Below, one piece after another: positions 59,509-64,000 of a stretch of 64,000 nucleotides of DNA (its first letter is position 1; every line of letters begins with the position of its first letter). Position numbers and translations under genes: made by a program. The stretch comes from Macrostomum lignano (taxonomy: Eukaryota), in assembly GCA_002269645.1 (NCBI GenBank), contig NIVC01001405.1, positions 231,813 to 295,812 on the forward strand, in the 5' to 3' direction. The notes under the pieces are model-generated. The model was not told where the DNA came from and searched no databases. It saw only the letters and a program-made list of their open reading frames with translations.

Positions 59509-60297
59509 ATAGGATTAAACCTGTTTTATACGTAAAATTACTGTTATTGATTGCCCACCAAAACTTATTAATCTATCGCTTTCATCTACAATCCTAATAT
59601 AAATTGATTGAATAGTATATTGATTTAAAGGATAATATATTGGGGTTTGGGTGCAACAATCATTTTCTCTCCAATTGGAACAGCAAGAAACGGGATTGAA
59701 TAAATAATTCCACGTTGAACCAAAACCCCATTATCATCTGTTATATAACCGCCGTTTGATATGTCGGTTGTTATATTAATTGTATTACTCCGCCCTCAAT
59801 GTTTCCCACTGTATCACCGGTGCTTGATGCGGTAACTATTCGGGAATTAAATCCAAGTATTGTTCTGAGTGAATTTGCAATTGTAAAATCAACCTGATAT
59901 CCGGTTCCTAGTGATAGGGTGAATCGGCCAGAAGGTAAATCAACGCCAATAACAATCGCGCCCGCTACCCAATCACCATTAGTTGTTAATTCTCCTTCTA
60001 TATAAGCATTCAAATCGGTATAACTATAAGCTCCCGGATTAAGCTAAACGTTGTCCAATTGGCTCCGGAATCTTTAGAATATCTAAATTGATTATTTGTT
60101 GCATTAATTAATTGAGGCATGTTAAAAACTGAAAACATTATTAAACCAATTTGATAACTTAGGCTTTGATTGAGTTGTAACGGATCGCGCAATATAATCC
60201 TTTGTTCACTGGTTGTCATTATAAACTGTAGGGTTGTACTAAACTTTGAATTAGTTCGATCTACCAATTGTTTTATAGCGTCTAAATTTGCTGCCAT
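59509..60297 (-). pseudogene. Minor capsid (penton-like) protein with several frameshifts
   Basis: LRDPLQL...NATNNQFRY, then VDFTIANSLRTILGFN, then NITTDI...GIIYSIP. Lies between ATPase and protease. Confidence 0.75.
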
Positions 60298-60431
60298 TTT
60301 TATAGTGGGGAATAATAGCATCGGACTTCGTCCGCGAACCATAGTTCGATCGGCACGCAGACTACGTCTGATCCTCGTCCTCATTATCTTCTTTTATCAA
60401 ATTTGTTAAGATTCGATTTTTTCTTTCTAAC

Positions 60432-61158
60432 CTAGGGTTGATATATATGTGTTGTATTGACTATCATCCCAAATTTTTTACACATACTTTTAAATGGTTT
60501 TGTATCCAACCCAGGATTAAATCTCGCGTGAATATTTTGTAGATCATAGTTATCTAAATCAAACATTACACAACAGCTAGCATTCTTTTTTATAATCGAT
60601 TCTAATTCTCTAAAGGATTGAGTAAGATAAAAAGCTCCAATTCCATCTCCTCTACCACTAACAAAAATTTCCTTTTGCAATTCTTGATCTCCGTCATTAA
60701 TACAATCATCAAATATAATTAGTGTTTTATCATTTTTTGGAATTTTGTCATAAGTTAATCGGTTTGATATTGTAATTGTTGGGGGGTTATTGTCCATATT
60801 TTCTGGTTCGAACCTTTGGTTCGCGGACTCCGTCCGACCTTCTGCCATTTTTTTACATAAATCCTCAATGTCATTTAGGTTAAATCGCGGGTCATCATCG
60901 TCCTCATATTGCTCATATGCTCTTAACATTCTAAACAAGATTTCTTTTTTTAATTTGTTTTTTAATCCATGTTTAAGAAATTCATAATATTTTATTCTAG
61001 GTTTATTAGTATAAATTATTAAAATTATTATAGTCTAACATTCCATCGGTTGTTAGCAGATCATAAACAAAGTGGGTTTTTCCTTTGCCAGATCCGCCAA
61101 TTACTAAACAAAGAAAAGGATCGTTTGGAAATATTTTATTATGTTTTGCTTTTACCAT
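60432..61158 (-). pseudogene. A32/FtsK-like genome-packaging ATPase, frameshift near 61015
   Basis: Walker A LVIGGSGKGKT (~61075-61110, outside the track ORF), Walker B LIIFDD, and GR...FYLTQS. Confidence 0.92.
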
Positions 61159-61188
61159 TTTTAAATATAAAATTTAACTATTTTTTAT

Positions 61189-62656
61189 CTACTGGTACCT
61201 TATTAGCAACGTACCATCTGCTAGAGCATATGCCATATATTCCTCTAGAAGCAATACGTGGGCGTCTAGTGCCTGATTGCCGGTTTTATTAATCTCTAAC
61301 ATATAATTCAAACCAAGGTTGGCTACATTTTCTTTCTGTGCGGTTAGATCAAAAACAACCACTGGATGAATGTTTAGAAACTCCGTGGGTGTGTACTGAG
61401 GAACAGCATACGCTTCATTTTTGACATAATCCTGATAATATTTTATAAAATCATTAACATCATTATTTGCTGTATTTAGATTTAGTACGGTTTTAACTGG
61501 ATAATATTGATCATCAACCTGCAGGCGGATATTCTGAACATTAAACTCGTTAATAGCTGTAACCTCGTTGTCTGTTGCGGTGGCTGCCTGAGCTGCAACG
61601 GCTCCTGATTGAAGCCAATATAAATCTCCATTTGATCTTTTACTGTTTCTATTTGTTATTTTAAACCATACAAAAATATATCTAGCACGACGTTCTGAAG
61701 TAGTTAGCTGCCACTGGAAATAATCCTGGTTATTATTAATTGTTCGCATAAAGTGCCGCCGATTCAAATAAAAGATTTCCTGATCGCGCATTATCTGCTT
61801 ATTTATGTATTCTAATAGCGGTGCCGTTACCTCGAATTTTGGGACGACTAATTGAATTGATGCTATACGAATTGCGATATCGGTTGAAATCCGGTTCCAT
61901 AAAGTATCCTAGGCTGATATCCGCCAGATATTTGCAACTGAATACCAAATTTTAATCCTTTCCATACCCGATTTGGTGAGAAGAACCCAAAGAGCGGAAA
62001 GATTGAAAAGTCTTGCTCATATGCCGTTGCCGTGGTTAATACCGCGACTGGGAATTTATTCTGACGATCTATAAAACCAGTGTTAATATCTTTTGTGTTA
62101 GTCATTGCAGTTACAACTGGAACGATATTGGTATTAAGATAAGCTATAAGAGCTGCGGTATCTGCGCCGGCTGCATTTTGTACATTAGGGAAAACTACTG
62201 CTTGTCCATTGCCCTTATCCGGCATCCAACCAACATTATCACCAACCTTTTGATAAATAAGTATAATTTAAATGTTTTCAAAACTCCATTAATCTCAGCT
62301 GGGTTTGTTGATGTCTCAACAACGGCTCCATTAACTGTTAGTTGAGCTTGGGAAAAACATTTATAAAACCAATCATTTTCTATAATAATTCCAGAACGGT
62401 CTGCGATATCACCGGCTACAAGAGCGGTTCCATCGTTTCTGGTATACAACCATCTAACACGGAAAAAGGCATTTTTAAGATCTAATATGCTGTCGGTTGC
62501 CCCAATGTCAAAAGCTACAGTTCCAGTAGTAAAATTGTTTGAGTTATCACTTGTTGGTAGGGTAGCATTTAAATCTCTTGCCCTGATCTCATTAATATAC
62601 TGTCGATGCTTTTTAAAATGAAATTTGTCACTCCATATAGTTTTTGTTTCGGCCAT
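61189..62656 (-). pseudogene. Major capsid protein (double jelly-roll type), in three frameshifted pieces
   Basis: FDIGATDSILDLKNAFF, FSQAQLTVNG..VE, FPLFGFF, RYIFVWF, NIRLQVDDQYYP and VVFDLTAQ. Total ~490 codons. Confidence 0.85.
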
Positions 62657-63404
62657 TTTTTAAGTTAAAAAAGTTTTTATATTAAAAAATGAGTCAATTT
62701 ATGACGTTGATGGAGAATTAGCGATTTATAGAGAGAAGCAAAAATATTCTGATTTTGTTAGAAATTTACAAAAAAGAAAGTTAGGAAACAACTAGCTGGT
62801 GATAGATTTGCTGCCCCTTTTGTTAATCCTATTACGGGTAAAATTAGCGAACTAAAAAAACAGATAAAGATCTTCTTGAAAAAATGTGCCAAGAATACCG
62901 AGCCAAAAGAGGATGAAATTTTAGATGATCCGCCTACTTATGATGTTGATCAAGCCCTATTGAGAGTTGCTGAGATTAGACGTGCAGAACGGGATGGGAT
63001 TGTTGAATATCCGAGAGCTGCACCACAAAGTATTGCTGTGACAGATTTAGGTAATGATGACTACCGAATTGGTGGGGTTGATAAAAATCGGAATGATCTA
63101 TATAGAGAACTGGCGCGAGCATATAAATTATTATGAACCCGAGGGTAAAGTTTAACCCTGATTTATATACTAGAGATGAATTAGTAAGTGCTAAATTTTT
63201 TACGATGAATTAGGAGTAAGAGCTGCTAAAAATACCAGCTTGTATAAAAGGATTGTTGATTCTATAATAACAAACCGGCGGTTGGTGAAGGATTTAAAAC
63301 TCCGCGAAAACTTGTTTTAGCTCGCGAAAGCTGCTGGACATACGGGATCGACCCGTAGAGTCGCGAACCTTTGGTTCGATTAATTAAATTTATTTTTTAT
63401 AAAA

Positions 63405-63880
63405 ATGGATAATACGATAAATGAATGTCTTGTAAACCTATTTAGATAAGGTAGGTTCTGACAGAATACTAAATAAGATATTTCAAGATGATTTAATAAT
63501 TGCAAACCGTAAAAACCAATTCAAATGAGGCTAGGATATCTTATGATTATTAGCTATTGAACATTTTGGTTTTGAAAAAATTAAGAAAATTGATTTAATT
63601 CATACTGAAAGAAAAATTGCGTTAGAGTTAAAATCTTCTGATAACACAGATAATTCATCGAGTCGATTTAAAAATTCAAAAGTTATTAGAATTTAAAAAT
63701 GTTAATCCTGAATTGATTTATATTATATTTGCATTAAAATACTACTAAAGCCCCCGTACAAAAGATATTTGATAATGGAGTTACATTGTTAACTGGGGAT
63801 TTTGCTTTAAATTTTTTATATGGTGATCAATATTTTGGAAATTACTAAACTATATAGAACGTGTTTTTAAAGATTAAAAA
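63405..63880 (+). pseudogene. PD-(D/E)xK restriction-endonuclease-like remnant
   Basis: Manual translation from 63550: LAIEHFGFEKIKKIDLIHTERKIALELKSSDNTDNSSSR, then KLLEFKNVNPE after a frameshift. Confidence 0.5.
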
Positions 63881-64000
63881 TGAGCAATCAATTAGTGTGA
63901 AGGAGGATTGTGGATATTCAAAAGGATTAACAAGCTTACCACCAATCTTTACTACTGGTAGTATACAAATGAATTACACATTCCAGTACTCGTATGCAGG

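Larger units (their letters stand above)
48869..64000. mobile_element. Polinton/Maverick (adintovirus-like) endogenous element, degenerate, running off the right edge
   Basis: AGTAGTAG terminus-like motif, pPolB, adenain-like protease, packaging ATPase, major and minor capsid, and an abrupt shift to AT-rich, intronless, densely packed genes. Confidence 0.93.

Noticed and set aside
60298-60384. N-terminal extension of track ORF 60010..60384
   Set aside because: The TATAAAAATG at 60297 matches the start context of the other viral genes; the upstream part is probably non-coding.
48869-64000. Bacteriophage or bacterial contamination, suggested by AT-rich dense genes
   Set aside because: The gene set (pPolB, adenain-like protease, A32-like ATPase, jelly-roll capsids) is that of eukaryotic Polintons, and no Shine-Dalgarno pattern is evident.

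Overview
Eukaryotic (most likely invertebrate animal) repeat-dense DNA with no recognisable host gene, RNA gene or CRISPR array; nearly all of it is nested mobile elements and tandem repeats. (1) A very young 13.9-kb Ty3/gypsy-type element, family A (24252-38141, +), has 1037-bp LTRs that look near-identical, TATA...TATA ends, a CCAAT target duplication and a tRNA-Glu PBS. Its reading frame runs gag - signal peptide - class III-like envelope glycoprotein - TM - protease - RT - RNase H - integrase, so env sits between nucleocapsid and protease. Three small accessory ORFs follow. (2) A second LTR family, B (TG...CA, minus strand, seven LTR copies), carries a cassette of three paralogous tandem-RING genes after its integrase; each gene ends in a shared ~95-aa helical domain that I cannot assign, and at least 9 paralogs occur in the window. 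(3) A decayed Polinton/Maverick (adintovirus-like) element runs from ~48.9 kb off the right edge, with pPolB, protease, ATPase, major and minor capsid, fibre, pX-like core protein and a restriction-endonuclease-like remnant; fragments of a second Polinton lie at 12.3 and 19-20.6 kb. (4) Also present: a complete but dead PIF/Harbinger, a DIRS/Ngaro fragment, a probable Crypton deletion derivative, and 27-, 102- and 25-bp tandem repeats. All assignments come from motif reading by eye, with no database searches. Several 1-bp frameshifts fall in homopolymers and could be assembly errors.
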